A stretch of DNA of 63,883 bases, the filler included, from Choristocarpus tenellus KU-1152 (Eukaryota > Protista > Phaeophyceae), in NCBI GenBank assembly GCA_964200185.2. It is 10 parts of 10 records of this genome, joined end to end, with 100 filler letters (N's around TTAATTAATTAA, not from the genome) between each part and the next. Parts side by side here need not be neighbours in the genome. Positions count along the whole stretch, not along the records: positions 1 to 9,298 come from CAXNAD020003801.1; positions 9,399 to 29,101 come from CAXNAD020000452.1; 8 more parts are not named here. One strand, 5' to 3'. The translations under genes were made by a program, and so were the position numbers. Positions 1-12,800 of this stretch are shown here, piece after piece; within the stretch, counting starts at the first letter, position 1; each line of letters starts with the position of its first letter. The notes beneath the pieces were generated by a model, which was given only the letters and a program-made list of their open reading frames with translations, made no database searches and was not told the origin of the DNA.

Positions 1-9
1 CCCCCGTAC

Positions 10-186
10 GACCCAAAGTATCTGGGAGGGGGGGGGGGTCTACACAAGGGTATCCATTTGGGTCAAAATCAGGAAAGTGCATTTACAGTAATCATCCGAC
101 GTATGCAACCAAATCACCCAAAACTCGCAACATGTCAAAATGACCCCAAATGGACAGCCGCCACCCTCTCACAGATATTTTGAGCC
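10..186 (+). mobile_element. MITE family C (~180 bp, non-autonomous TIR element)
   Basis: Termini gacccaaagtatctggg.../...cagatattttgagcc; flanked by tac/tac; homologous to copies at 22249, 26026 and 61811. Confidence 0.85.
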
Positions 187-1395
187 TACCAAAGACTGCA
201 GTGAAAACTTGTGGAGTAATGGGGGTTATTGGTTGAAAACAAAGCTGTTGCTGAGATAAGGCACAATGGGGGCTCTCTGCTCAATGCAGGTGAGGGCGAT
301 GAAGGTTTACTGCCATATTAGGAGGCGATTAATCTGATCTTATGTCATTGACACCTAGGTGTGTGTCTGAGGAGAAATTGTTGAGGGTAAGGAGTGAATT
401 ATGCAACGTTTACAAAAGAAAGTAAGGAGGTCATCAGAGAAAGGAAAGGACCACCCAAGAATGACGAAGTGTTCTGAGGTTGTGAGGCAGGAACCCAACC
501 GGTATCTTAGAGAGGAGGAGGCATCCTTTGGCAAACTGTTTGTCGTTTTGATGTAATGGAAAGAGAAAGCAATAGCAAAGACAGACAAGGAAGGCAAGGC
601 GTTACAGGCTCCGCAAATGCCCCTTCTGACCATGTTTGTTATAACGGGATTATTAACACGAGTTGTCAATCCGAGAGAGATTTCTCAAGCCTTGCCCTCA
701 CATCCACCACATGGTGTAGGTTGGATGTCATAAAGGTGAAGAGACCGATGTATTTACGCCACAATAGGCACCTTCATAAGGAGGTGGCTAAGCTGAGATA
801 GGAGATGGGAGTTTCTAGCAACCATGCAGGAAGAATCTTGTGTTAAAGCATGTCCGTACCAGAAGGAAGCGGCTGTTGAAAATAATAGCTTAAAACTCTG
901 CTGAGAATGCAGCACGTTTAACTATTGGGCTAAATACGCATGACTGAAGAAATGCGTATGTTAACTTTTTGATCGCCTGAGAGTATTTAGTAGTTGCGGT
1001 AACATTGTGTTATCTGGCATCCATAGGATGTTTTTCATGTGGAATAGATTGAGAAAATTCGTTTGGTAAGGGTCAAATGCGAGAGTAATATAGGAAGTAT
1101 GCAAATGAAAAGAAAGTTCCACACATGTGCGCCTCCTAACATTCTCACTACACAATATTCATGTACATGCTCGTGATTTCGAAAGAATAACGGCAAGAAA
1201 AATATTTGAAACTGATCTATTTTCATGCACACATTGAAGCATAATTAAAACCTTTGACTTGCCGTACACGTTTTCTGTTTTCCTTATGAAGAGGTGAAAA
1301 AAAACCCCGACAATTGGAATAGAACAATAATGTAGGGGACACGGTCTCAATATGCCATAAAAAGTTGGAGAAACAGGCGGCCAAGGCAAGAAAAT

Positions 1396-1675
1396 GAGTC
1401 GAAGCATTCTTAGAGGGCAGGGTCGTGTCTGTTTGGGATCCAAAATCCAATGTTGCGATTTTGATGTAATTTTGGCCCTTGTGTTTGTTAGCAAGTGTTC
1501 ATTTCCTTGCTCCGGACATAACTTTCATAGTTGTATATATTTTACCTACTTCGTATATATTTTACCTACTTCGAAATGTTTCGAAAACCGGAAAAATGTC
1601 ATAAGAAACCCGTGACAAGCCAAGCCCTGAACGGACAAACAGGGCAATACTCCTACCCTCTTAAATGCTTGGGTC
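1396..1675 (+). mobile_element. MITE family A, subfamily B (TIR variant aagcatttaagagggtag)
   Basis: Colinear with the ~260-bp family; right end ctaccctcttaaatgcttgggtc; internal short duplication atatattttacctacttcg; no clean TSD. Confidence 0.8.
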
Positions 1676-1701
1676 AGTATTAAAGCAGGCAAGCCGATAG
1701 A

Positions 1702-1869
1702 CACGGACCGGTACAATATCAAGTGGACATGGCCCGAACGTGTTAGAAAATGTTTAACCCATTCCAGTTGGCAAATATGGGCCAGTTCAACACCTGGTAC
1801 ATACATGTTAAAAAATTGTCGGACTGGTCTGACTGCCAGACATGACCATTTTAATTTGCCGGTCCGGTG
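1702..1869. mobile_element. Possible small TIR element
   Basis: Imperfect ~30-bp inverted repeats cacggaccggtacaatatcaagtggacatg / catgaccattttaatttgccggtccggtg; single copy in the window. Confidence 0.35.
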
Positions 1870-2621
1870 AAAATCCTACCTTTTTTCTTCCATGTAACGG
1901 GTAGCAGCTGGTGATAGTGCAGGTTGAAGGGGTGATATTTCGCGGGCTCCAACACCGGTGCTACCCCTTCCCCCATCCTACTTCCACCAAATTTTACAAA
2001 TAAATGGGTCAAAGTAAACGAGAGGCACCCACTGTTGGGGTGTTTGGCATTACGCCCAGTTTTTATTTTATCTTTTGCTATTCACACACACACACACATA
2101 TATATGTATATGGAGGAAGTGCTAAGTTTGATTTTAGAGGGGGGTTGACTTCTATGTTGTTTGAAACCTTTCAACACTATTCGGAAAATATCCTATACGC
2201 GCTTGTAAAAAAAAAAAAGACGATATTTTGCGAGTATTTGTCAGCGTCCTGGGTACCTCTCGTTTGCTTTGACTCAATGCACATATTCTAATCCCGAGGC
2301 AGAATATTTCTCTCAGGGTATATATGCACACATGGACAGTGATAGAGTTGCGAGGGGCTATGTGCAGACACACAACCACTACTTCGTACTATGAGTAGGC
2401 TTCTTGGCTTAGCCAAGTTTTCTATTTTCACCAATCATTGAGAATGCTAGAACCCGTGCCTTGCCTCTCTGACCCGACGAACATTGTCAGTTCTCATCCT
2501 GTTTTGGTGTACAGACTTGCATGCATAAATACACACCAGCCAAGAAAGACCAAGAATTTGTAACATGTGCATAGACTTAGATATATACTTTGGAGTACAC
2601 AGAGTATGCATATGTACGCAC

Positions 2622-2855
2622 CATCATCTTCCGTCTCTCCCTGGTCTTTGGTGCAAACAGATGGCTGACGTCTCCCCCAACTGCGTCCCATTTCCCTGAC
2701 CATACCTCTCTCTCCCTTCGGACGAGACTGAGGGAGTGGAGGAAGCTGAGGACCATACTGAACACACCAAACTTCAGGGTGGTTTCCACTTCTTTGAGGA
2801 GATGCTTGTGATCGTCCATCTTGATAGAAAATACACGCAACAAACAAATGAAGAA

Positions 2856-2900
<45 letters not shown>

Positions 2901-3195
2901 CAAAATTTTCGGGGAGAGTCGAGGTTAATGGTTAGGAACACCAAAAGAGGCAAGATTAGAAACCAATGGAGCACTCTAGTTTCCGCCATGAGCCAGTCAG
3001 TGCATCACCCTGTAACCTCTCCTACAGTACCTCTTTAATCTTTCCCTCACTCAGGTTGGCAATGTAGAAACCTGCAGCAATTACAACGGAACTGGAGTTT
3101 GTTTGTATGTCTGGTGATTTTAATTTTTATGTCATGGATGAATGCGCTCTGCAATCATCTACAGCTGGCAGCCCCCTCAATAGTTATTTGTGTGC

Positions 3196-3249
<54 letters not shown>

Positions 3250-6200
3250 ATTCACACCCGGGGATACCTTTTTTTCTACCCGCTTTGTTAGGATGCGATT
3301 CTGTGCACATTCTTCAATGGGTACCGCCTTCTCGTAGTGGGTGCCCCTTCTTTCCTGCGGGATGATCTCCCCCCTTGCACGGGCTTGTAAGTGCTTGCGT
3401 TGTCTGAAGGCATTGCAGTTATTGGGATAGTGGGCTACTGATTAACTGGTCTATGTGTAAGGTGTGACCTTGGAGAAACTGAGCAAGTTCAAGGGTCCAT
3501 GTCGAGGGAGTGAAGGGGGAATGGTTCAAAGACACAGTAGTTTAGATATGAGATACTGCATGGTGAATGCATCCTATCTTTTTTGTAATATAGTTACCCT
3601 AGTGTTCCATTGGTACCCTTGCAATTCTCTGCAGATAGGGGAAGAGTGTGTGTGTGGGGGGGGAGTAGTTTGTGGTGTATGAAGTTACTCATTGCTACTG
3701 TCTTGATTCCACCAAAATATCTAACCTGTGTTCCAGGTAGACAGCAGCACTCCTCTGGTCTCCTGGTCGCAGGAATCCGTCTGCCTTAATTGGGGGTACA
3801 AATCCTGCAAATGGATGCTCTGCCTGCCTCTCACCAAACACCCAGCCCTCGAGCATACTCTCAAACAAGTCATCCACAATCTCCTCAGAGTGATGACATT
3901 TGTTGTTGATCAAGCAAAGGAGTGATATATTTGGGAAGGCAGGCGTACACAATGAGCTTTAAAGCTAAAGTGAACGATCGGGTACCCAGGTTTTAGTCAT
4001 TTAGAATTTTTAAGTCCCTTGAAAAAAAATGCTTCTCATCCACTTTCTATTGATAGAGTGCTAACATTGACTTGAGAGCTTTGATTTCTTTATTGTTTGA
4101 AAAATTTCGACACAATTCAGAAAATTCCCTACAGGCATTTGTACAAAAAGACGAATATTATCCAAAATTGTCAGCATCCTTGAATGCAATCCTGGTGGGT
4201 ACGTCTCGTTTACTTTTGACTCTTGGCGGGAAAGTACATGGGTTCTGACTCTGCGATCTTGACACTGTTGCATTGTCCCTACTAAAAGTGCAATTGCATT
4301 CTTGCCTGCTTTGAACATCTATGTACGAGGAGATAGAGTGCTTGTGCACATACTTTATATGTGGGCTCTGTAATCAATTGAGCACTATTTTTTTCAATGC
4401 AATAGTCTGATATTCCGCCCAAAAATGGACGTAGTCCATTATTACAACATTAGCGCCGTATTGCTCTATTATGTCTATTATCAATGTATTGCAGGGATCT
4501 ATTTGGTCTGTATAGCGTCGGTTGGTCTAGGAAAAGACTTCACGTAATGTCCGCTATCAGGGAAACGTTCGGTGACCTTCGCTCTAGAATCTCCATGACC
4601 TAGAAACAAAATATTTTTGGTTCTGTTCTCTCAATAATATATAAATTATAATAATAGTAATAACAGTAATAATAGTAATAATATAATTCTTTTACATCAA
4701 GTGACACACCTTGGGGATATTATTATTCTTTCAAACATTAGTTCGATCCTTTCTGGGAGAGAAACCGATTTTATGGAAGAAAGAAAAAAGAAGGATAAAA
4801 TGCGAAAAAGAAAGAACGTACATAAGTTGCACTTCCACGTGCCCCCCCGCTGTCCAGTATACACTCTAGTCCATTTGCCCTACAATATCCATTGTCCAGC
4901 GAACGCCCTAACCCATATGCGACCCATATGCACCGTATTATATGTAGTCCTTGGCAACACTTAGGTTGTTCGGAAAATGCCTGAGTAGATTTGGTCCGTA
5001 ATGTTTGCTGTCCAGGGTAAGAATTGTGGCCATTTACTCTGAAACGTTCACTGTCCGAATGGGGCTTTTTTCGGGAATGATGCTAAAATGACGATTGGTC
5101 TTTATTTGAGAGAGTCGTGCGCAAGGTGTGGCTAGCGTCACCAGTAGCCAAGATATTGATAATTGCAGACACGATTATTTTTTGCTCCAAGCAGCGATGT
5201 CCCAATCATCATTGAAAAATGACTCAAACGCAACACTGAACTACTGCAGATGTGTGCAGTAAAATCATCTCACAGAGCATCACTTAGTGCTGGTAAGGAC
5301 CGCTACTATTACAGCAACAGTCCAACAAAAAAAAAACCCAGGCAGTGACAAACACATAATGTAATATTAAAAGTAGAGCTGCACACACACAGCGTTTGAG
5401 AATGGTATGTCTGGCAAAGTAAGCAAGCACACCAACCAATAGAAAGGTTGGCACTTTTTCCCGCCAGGAAAAAAAGTTATAGTTGGTAGTTGGCGGGTGA
5501 TAGAACAACGGTTAGATTTTTTTATTATACCATCAGTCACACTTGCATACAAACATCCAGACACTCACAACCCACACATTCACCTCACACTCAAACCTCA
5601 TGTGTGCGGATGCTCGTACTCCCTTACAGGGTACAACGTGCTTCGAATGGACTTTTACCAGGAACTGGAGTAAATTGGAGTAGAAAATCAGAGTAGGATA
5701 ACATCAATTGTGTCAGTGGTACAAATCGATTTTCCTCTTCAGTTTTGCATATTCCCATCTCCACCCACCTCAACTGCCATTGTGTGAGCAAGCATCGAGT
5801 CCCTCTCCTTTTCCAGGGCGATCTGCAAGTATGGGTTTTTGTGCACCGATTTGTCATATTGTGGTGAGAGTGGCGTAGTTTGAATGGCATTGGGGGTCCA
5901 AGGCTAGAAGAGGCGTAGTAGCTTGAGCGAGAAAGAGTGTACGTATGTGGGTGGGTGTGCATACCTGGTCTGCATATAAGGTAATGATGTACTGTATATC
6001 ATCACCTTCTTAGACAAAGGTCAAGCACAACTGGCATATGCTTTTCACATGTACATGTTTTTGCTATTTCCTGCAGTACAATCTTTTGTTTCCAACCTGT
6101 AGAGTTGCTTGTCAATCTCTCGTGTTAGGAATGATAGAGCTCCCCTTAGTATATTGTAATGGAGTTATTGGATCCACCCAATCTGCCCTACTTTCCACTC

Positions 6201-8396
6201 CCCCGTCACGTTCCAAAACCCGTCCAAACCTTCCACTCCCAATTCCTTCATCCCCGCCACAGCTGATAAATGTATATATATATATAACCTTTCACCTTGA
6301 CTTCTCCCCCATCACATAGAACAACCCCAACATCTTGTTTACAAAACGTAAATAAATTAAAAAAAGCATTTTGTCTTGCACATATAATGCGCTACAGAAA
6401 ACACCTAGGTTTAGGGTTAGACTCCATAGGCAGGATACGAGCAGGGTCATCTCTTGAATGCCTGGTCAGTGAGTGTGTTAAGATTATGCTTAAAATTCAT
6501 GTGGGAAAATACTTGTTAAGGAAAGAAATCATTTGTTAGATAGAGTGTCGTTGGAGAACTGCTGAAGAGCTATTGGATAACTGGATAGTTGATAGTAATC
6601 TTTCTGTTGAGTGATTGAGAGAACAATATCCAGGTTATTGTATCACCATAAGAAGAATCCTGGAAAAGGAATGTTGTAGCCAGTAACACAGATTAAGAGA
6701 TAAGTTACTAGTGATCAGGGATGAGTGAAATGTTTTTTCTCACTCCCCCCCACTTGGAAGGTGTTTCTCACTCCACAGTTTTCTACCTACTACAACATAG
6801 CTGAGAAGGAAGTAACCTAGATATTTCAGCATCAAGACTTGGGATTCTAGATATTCTTTAACAGATTAGTCCGACAAACTGGTGCCACAGTACCTTTGCA
6901 TCCTTTCGCCACATGAGGGTAGGATAATGGTGTAGTGATGTGACCCTTATGGCATTCTTTGTTGAACCGAATGCATCGTGCAACTCCTTGTCCATGTCAA
7001 CTAGAGTCAAGTGGCGATCCAGTTCCCTGGTCTCCCACCTGTGATTACGTGTGCATGAAGATGTGCGTGTAGCTCGTCTACTAAGCACATGGTAGGTAGA
7101 CCCCTAGTGGTGGAAATACTGGAAAATAGTAAGTCGAGTGTACAGGTTAATTGTATGGACTGTTCTTTTCTGTTCTTACCACAGTACAGCTTCCATGAGG
7201 CATATTGTTCAATGAACAAAGCGCACCGTGGCAAAGGCTGCTGTTGCCAATCCCTACACATACAATGCAACTTAGCCCTTGTTACCAGTCATATCATAGT
7301 TATCGGTTCTGGAAGCTGCCCTCTAGATAGAGTGATTAGAAAACGGGGAGGTGGGTGCTGGAGACTGTTTAGTCAGTACATCGAGCAGTATAGCAGGTGG
7401 AAAGTGATTTGTATTGCTTGCAAACTGCGCAACTCATGAACTGGTCAGAAAGTAGTTGGTTGGATCCTGGCAGCAGTTTAATGGACAATAAGGGTCAGAA
7501 AAAGTTCCGTTTGATCCCGGTAACCCATTCATTTATCGAAATGGGAGAAACCGTTGTGCGGTCCTGGCCGCATATTCATGGGTAGAATGGTCTGAAAATG
7601 TTTAATTGGATCCTTGCAGCCTTTAAATGGTAATGCCATCAGAAAACAAATGGTTTGGTGTCTCGACTGTGTCCTTGTGTAGTCGCCTGCCCTTGGACAC
7701 TTCTCGGATACTCCTGTCACACTGTGACACAAGTTGATCCTACACTTATCTTTGAGATGGCAAACCATTGCCTGTGTTGCAACAAAGATAGCAGCTTGGG
7801 GTCATAGTGGTTGTTGTTTTACTTTTGAAATAGTGCCAAAATACTCAGTCGGATCCTGGTGACCCATGCAACAACATGAAACAATATCAGGTTCAAGTGA
7901 CCACCTCACTGCAATGAGATTTTTTTCAATCATGTGGTGATTCACTCAGTACAGTCACCCTTGGGTATCTCTGGGTGCAGCTAGGATGATAGAGTACATC
8001 AAACGCCGATCCTGTAAATATCTGCTAGATGTGGTGTTACCTTTGTTCCTATTCAGATCATAGTTTTGGATTCTGACGACAGTTTCACTGCACAACTCCA
8101 AAGTATAAGTTGTCTGATTCGAGGATTTTAGTTTTGATCATTTTTCCTGCTGAATTTGCTGTGGAACGCAGGAGTCTACTTACAATATCAAAGAGGGAGT
8201 CGGCAAATGCCTCAGGCTGCTGATTGCAGATGGAGAGTTGTGCGACATTGTAAGAACCATGTACTGACCTCAGCTCACGGATCACATCTTTCCTTAGTTG
8301 CAGTTTATTTCCTCCTCGCACGCAGCTTAGAGAAACGAGAGACTCTACTGTTTCGTGGCCATGAAGGCCCATCAAACGCTGTATCTCCTTTTGTAA
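2622..8396 (-). CDS. Multi-exon hypothetical protein (partial at both ends)
   Basis: Phase-compatible exons with AG/GT ends: 8396-8269, 7038-6894, 5822-5769, 3883-3726, 3403-3268, 2819-2622. Spliced frame is stop-free: LQKEIQRL...ELRWETRELDRHL...KDAK|IALEKERDSMLAHTMAVE|EIVDDLFESMLEGWVFGER...EHR|QRKHLQ...VEKK|MDDHKHLLKEVETTLKFG...RRKMM. Confidence 0.75.
2856..2899. repeat. (CAGA)n microsatellite
   Basis: Direct reading; intronic. Confidence 0.95.
3190..3247. repeat. (GT)n microsatellite
   Basis: Direct reading; intronic. Confidence 0.95.
6476..6863. mobile_element. Solo LTR of an LTR retrotransposon
   Basis: TG...CA termini with short inverted ends (tgttaaga...tctttaaca); homologous over its full length to 26387-26758; flanks gagtg/gatta are at best a decayed TSD. 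Confidence 0.75.
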
Positions 8397-8755
8397 CTGG
8401 CATTGGTTGCCATTAGTTTTATAGAGGAAGAAACAGAGGTAAGGGGACCAAGGTGTAGTGGTGATCGGGTTGGGATGTTTGGGGAAGAAGATTAGGTTTG
8501 CAAAAAGTGACACATTTCTAGGAGTTGGAGCAGCAGGAGTAGGTAGAGGGAACGACCTCAGGTCTGAGTGTGATTGTGTCGGAATGTACATAAACATGGA
8601 AGTAGGAGGGTTTTTTGTTGGGAATTGGATTGGGATGATTGATCTTGTGCTAAAGGTGTGCTATGTATGCTGTCTCAGCTATGAAGCAATCAGACACTCA
8701 CACGCTCGTGCTCGCACACAAAAGGACAAAAACACTTCCTGCTACGCACAGCACA

Positions 8756-9010
8756 GAGCCAAAGTATCTTAGAGGGTAGGGTCGCGCCCATTTGGGCCAA
8801 AATTCGATGTTGTGATTTTGATGTAATTTTGGCAATCATGTTTGTTAGGAAGTGTCAATATCCATGTTTCGGACACACCTTTTCACAACGTATATATTTT
8901 TCCTGCTCCGAAACATCTTGGAGTAGGANNNNNNNNNNAAAACCCACGGGAAGCCAAGCCCCAAATGGACAAACAGGGCAAATCTCGTACCCTCTAAGAT
9001 ACTTTCACTC
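8756..9010 (+). mobile_element. MITE family A (~260 bp)
   Basis: TIRs gagccaaagtatcttagagggta / taccctctaagatactttcactc; TSD aca; 10-N gap inside. Confidence 0.9.
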
Positions 9011-9298
9011 ACAGTCAAGTTGGGTCTGCCTTCAACAGAGCATCACTTGAAGTAAGTACAGCAGACTGGTCTCAAGTAAATAAATGGAGAGCCACCATGA
9101 CAGACTTAGTGACAATACAATTTTAACACCACAAGTGCCTCGTTTTCCATCCCACTCAACGACTTGGATGACAGGGGTCATGCTTCGTCAAGCTGTTAAG
9201 GACATTTCTTGTGCCTACCTTCTCTTTTCTCTGACCAATTTGCACGTGGTCAGCGCAGGCTGCCCATTTACATGGCAAGGTGAGGCATGCCCGACACC

Positions 9299-9398
9299 NN
9301 NNNNNNNNNNNNNNNNNNNNNNNNNNNNNNNNNNNNNNNNNNTTAATTAATTAANNNNNNNNNNNNNNNNNNNNNNNNNNNNNNNNNNNNNNNNNNNN
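9299..9398. other. Artificial contig linker (N44-TTAATTAATTAA-N44)
   Basis: Identical 100-nt linkers also at 29102-29201, 33099-33198, 37269-37368, 40256-40355, 43772-43871, 46780-46879, 50644-50743 and 60544-60643; stops in all six frames. Adjacency across linkers may not be biological. Confidence 0.97.
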
Positions 9399-9868
9399 GA
9401 CACCCTGTTGTAGACTCCTCCCCCCCCCCAGATACTTCTTGTCAAAAACTGCTCTATGCTAGGTATATATCAACTTAAATCCATATTTAATGCCATTTCT
9501 CATTTTCAGCCATTCTTGAGTCTTGTTGCACAAGAAACTGACTCCCCGAAAAGGAGAAGTCGTGAAGTACCCCCAGCACTACCACTGACGATACCAACTT
9601 CTCCCAGTAATTTGACCATTGAATGTTGTAGCAATAAACGTTTCACAGGTCCTTTGTCTATGAGGCCTACTATTCATGGTATTATCCAAATGATCCTGTC
9701 TCTGGAAGGGTTTTGCTTTTAGGTGCTGAATTAAAGCCTCAAATAACTCCAGGACCACATTTTTCTTCACACCTTCACGAAAAGGTAAAGCGGGAGAGGT
9801 GATATTAGCATGAAGCATTGGGTAGAGACAGGCATAATGTCGTTTCCAACCGTTCACCACTACCCAAC

Positions 9869-12800
9869 CTGTGAGTTACGGTGCTCCGCACTCCTCTGCA
9901 TGTCTTGTAGTCTTGCCCTCTTTTGTGCGATTTCCATTTGTAGAACATCGTGTACCTGCCTCAGTTTTCGGGTCATGTCCTTTGCCTGGGCTACTCTGTG
10001 AAGGTAAGGTGTTGTTTTGGGCGGAGGGAGAGAGGGAGGGAACCTCTTTAGCTACTCCTTTCCTGTTTGCTGCTTCCTTTTTGAGAATTGAATTATTACA
10101 TAAAATTGAAGCGGAAACAATGGTAAATCTAGAGGAGTGTGATGAAGAGATGCATATTGTAGAGGCTTGGGGCTAGGGAAGTACACTACTGTACTTAGTG
10201 CTGATGTCTTCATATTTTCATAAAACAATGGTAAATCTAGAGGATTGTGATGAAGAGATGCATATTGTAGAGGCTTGGGGCTAGGGAAGTACACTACTGT
10301 ACTTAGTGCTGACGTCTTCATATTTTCATACTGGTCTGAGCCCTATTGCCTTGGTAGTGTGTAGGGATGACAGGCCATAGCCGCAAGGCTGCACCATTGT
10401 TACAAACGGACAAACAAACATAGAAGCGTATAGCTTGTCATTGCCTTCCACGAATATGCTTTTTGGTTGTGCCTATTTTTTATTGTGGTAAGTAGGTTAG
10501 CAGATCTCAGTTCCCACTTGACTCAGAGTTATTGAATCCTCCAGTGTATTTCATACTCTGAACAGATCAACAAATGAAATTAAACGGAATTTGAAGTACT
10601 CTGTCTAACATGATACTAAGAGTCAGTCAGTCGTTCATTCAGCTTTCATTTGGCAGTAGAAGAACTGGGCAGGCAAACCTGTTTAGTGTGTCAAGTAAAC
10701 AGTAGCTGAGATATCCCACAAAGTCTTTCCTGAGTGTGGGACAGCTCTTTCAAAAATGCATATGGAGGCTTATGATCAACGCATGAAATGTCCAGGTCAT
10801 TTGTTGTTCCTTTACATTGCTCTAACACATTCTTCTTTCCGCTGTATGGCCTTGTATCCCCAACATCAACTTAGAGGAATGTGGCGAAGAGAAGGGTATG
10901 CTTCTTTCACCTCTCTTCATCAATAGACATGGGGAATATGCTAGTACTGGAGGAAAGGAAACTTTGCACCTCCACCAGCGACTTCCCAGGGAGAGGCGAC
11001 AGGAGATTTGTGCCAGGAAAGATGCTTGCTACCTGAGACAGGTACATGAAGTACGTGGGGGTTGGAGAGCTCATGAAACGTCAGTAGGGGTATATGGGTG
11101 AGGGTGAGTATGTGTACCCAAATTGGTGGTGTTTGCCTACTGACTGCAATCTTGATAATGGATGAAGCGTACGTGGTTACTCATTATTGCCGAATCTCTT
11201 CACTGTTCATTTGGTGTTGATTCAAGCACAAGAATGAGTCGTGGTCCTATTGTTACCGTCTGCCAAGTCAAAGGGAAGTAATATACATGGTGATATCTTT
11301 CAGACAGGAGGTCTGGTGTAAGAGGGGCACTTGTGATCAATGGAGATTTTGAGATACTAAACTCCGAATTTATTGGAAAGAATGAGTGTGTCAAGATTTG
11401 CTTCCCTTGATGTGCCCCAGCTTCCATACCCCTTCTTCCTTGTCCTCAAATATTGGGGGAATTCTGCTCAGCATATTTTCACTTGATGTGAGATCTCACC
11501 GATGAAAATTTCTCTATCCACATACTGCTGCACAAGACGTCCATTCTGGCAAGCACGTCTACTTTACAACCTCCTACTTCCTCTCGCACCAAAATATGGT
11601 GCCGAAAACAAACCCTATACAGTGAAAGAAAATGACAAAGGGTGTAAGTTCGACACTTCTTATCTAGGAAAGAACAAGCCTAGGTAAGTGTGTACTCAGT
11701 CTTATCCCCACCAGTCTCGATCCTGACTCCTGTTGTTTAACCACGCTTCTATATGTCTGAAGTCACCTGCCGTGGGTCGCCCCACACTTCGCCTTTCCTA
11801 CCCCTCAAGTCTCCTCTCATAGCCTTGTGGCAACCTTTGCCTCCCTTTAGTCCCTGTTGCCGGCTCCCTCCTCGCCTTCCATTTTCCTGGCCAAGATGAG
11901 ATGAAAAAAACCTGCAGTGACCAAGTGCAATGACATACACTAAATCTTTATACTTTGGGGATGGAAATTCCAACTTCCATGGATACAGTATGATGGCATT
12001 CTATTCTTTTTTTGGCACATTTTAATGAATAGCAATTGCAGTGAAGACCAGATTAGGTGTAGACTGTGTTCTGAATCTCTCTTCATTATGATATTTCAAA
12101 CACAGAACAAGAACCGACAAACAGATAGTCCCTTGATCATGCATACACTACAGTCCACATTGCCTTGATGTTCAGAGAGTTGTTTTCTCAATTGCACCAA
12201 CAGGGTAGTAGTTGGTACTCATCACCAACAAGCACATATTGAGTGCAGAGCGGAAATTGCTACTCTTGAGAGTTTTAGTTCTTGGCTTAAGGACTGATTG
12301 ATTCAGATTCTGGTAGGTCTGGATTACACCTGTATGTGGTCCTGGTTATGGACAATGAAAGGTACATGTGTGTATTACCTTTTTTCAGTTGCCACAGCTA
12401 ACCCTGTGAGTGAAAGTATCTTAGAGGGTACGAGTTTTGCCCTGATTGTCCATTTAGGGTTTGGCTTCCCACGGGTTTTTAATGGCATTTGACGTACTCT
12501 GAAACATTTCAGAGTAGGTCAAATGTATATGTTATTAAAAGGTGTGTCCGGAACAAGGATATTGACACTTCCTAACAAACATAATAGCTAAAATTACATC
12601 AGAATCGGAGCATTGAATTCCCCCCCCAAAGGACGCGGCTCTACCCTCTAAGATACTTTGACTCTTGTGCATTTTTTTTTTGCAAAACGTTTCAGGGTAC
12701 TACTAGTCCCAGCTCTTTGTCTCCTCGGAATCCTAAATGTTTCTTTCCAGGTGTGCTGGCTGGGGTATTATCAAAATTCAGTGTTATGAACCGAATATAT

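Noticed and set aside
190-1140. Possible LINE reverse-transcriptase relic (RKYIG; similarly KYLG near 20400-20970)
   Set aside because: Single weak motif and no YADD-type core visible; needs a search.
7150-7800. Possible Gypsy integrase relic (INEWVT, LLSDQ)
   Set aside because: Only scattered short words across stop-ridden frames; not supportable without BLASTX.
9299-9398. Repeated TTAATTAATTAA flanked by Ns as a biological motif
   Set aside because: Identical 100-nt six-frame-stop linker at nine places; an assembly artefact.
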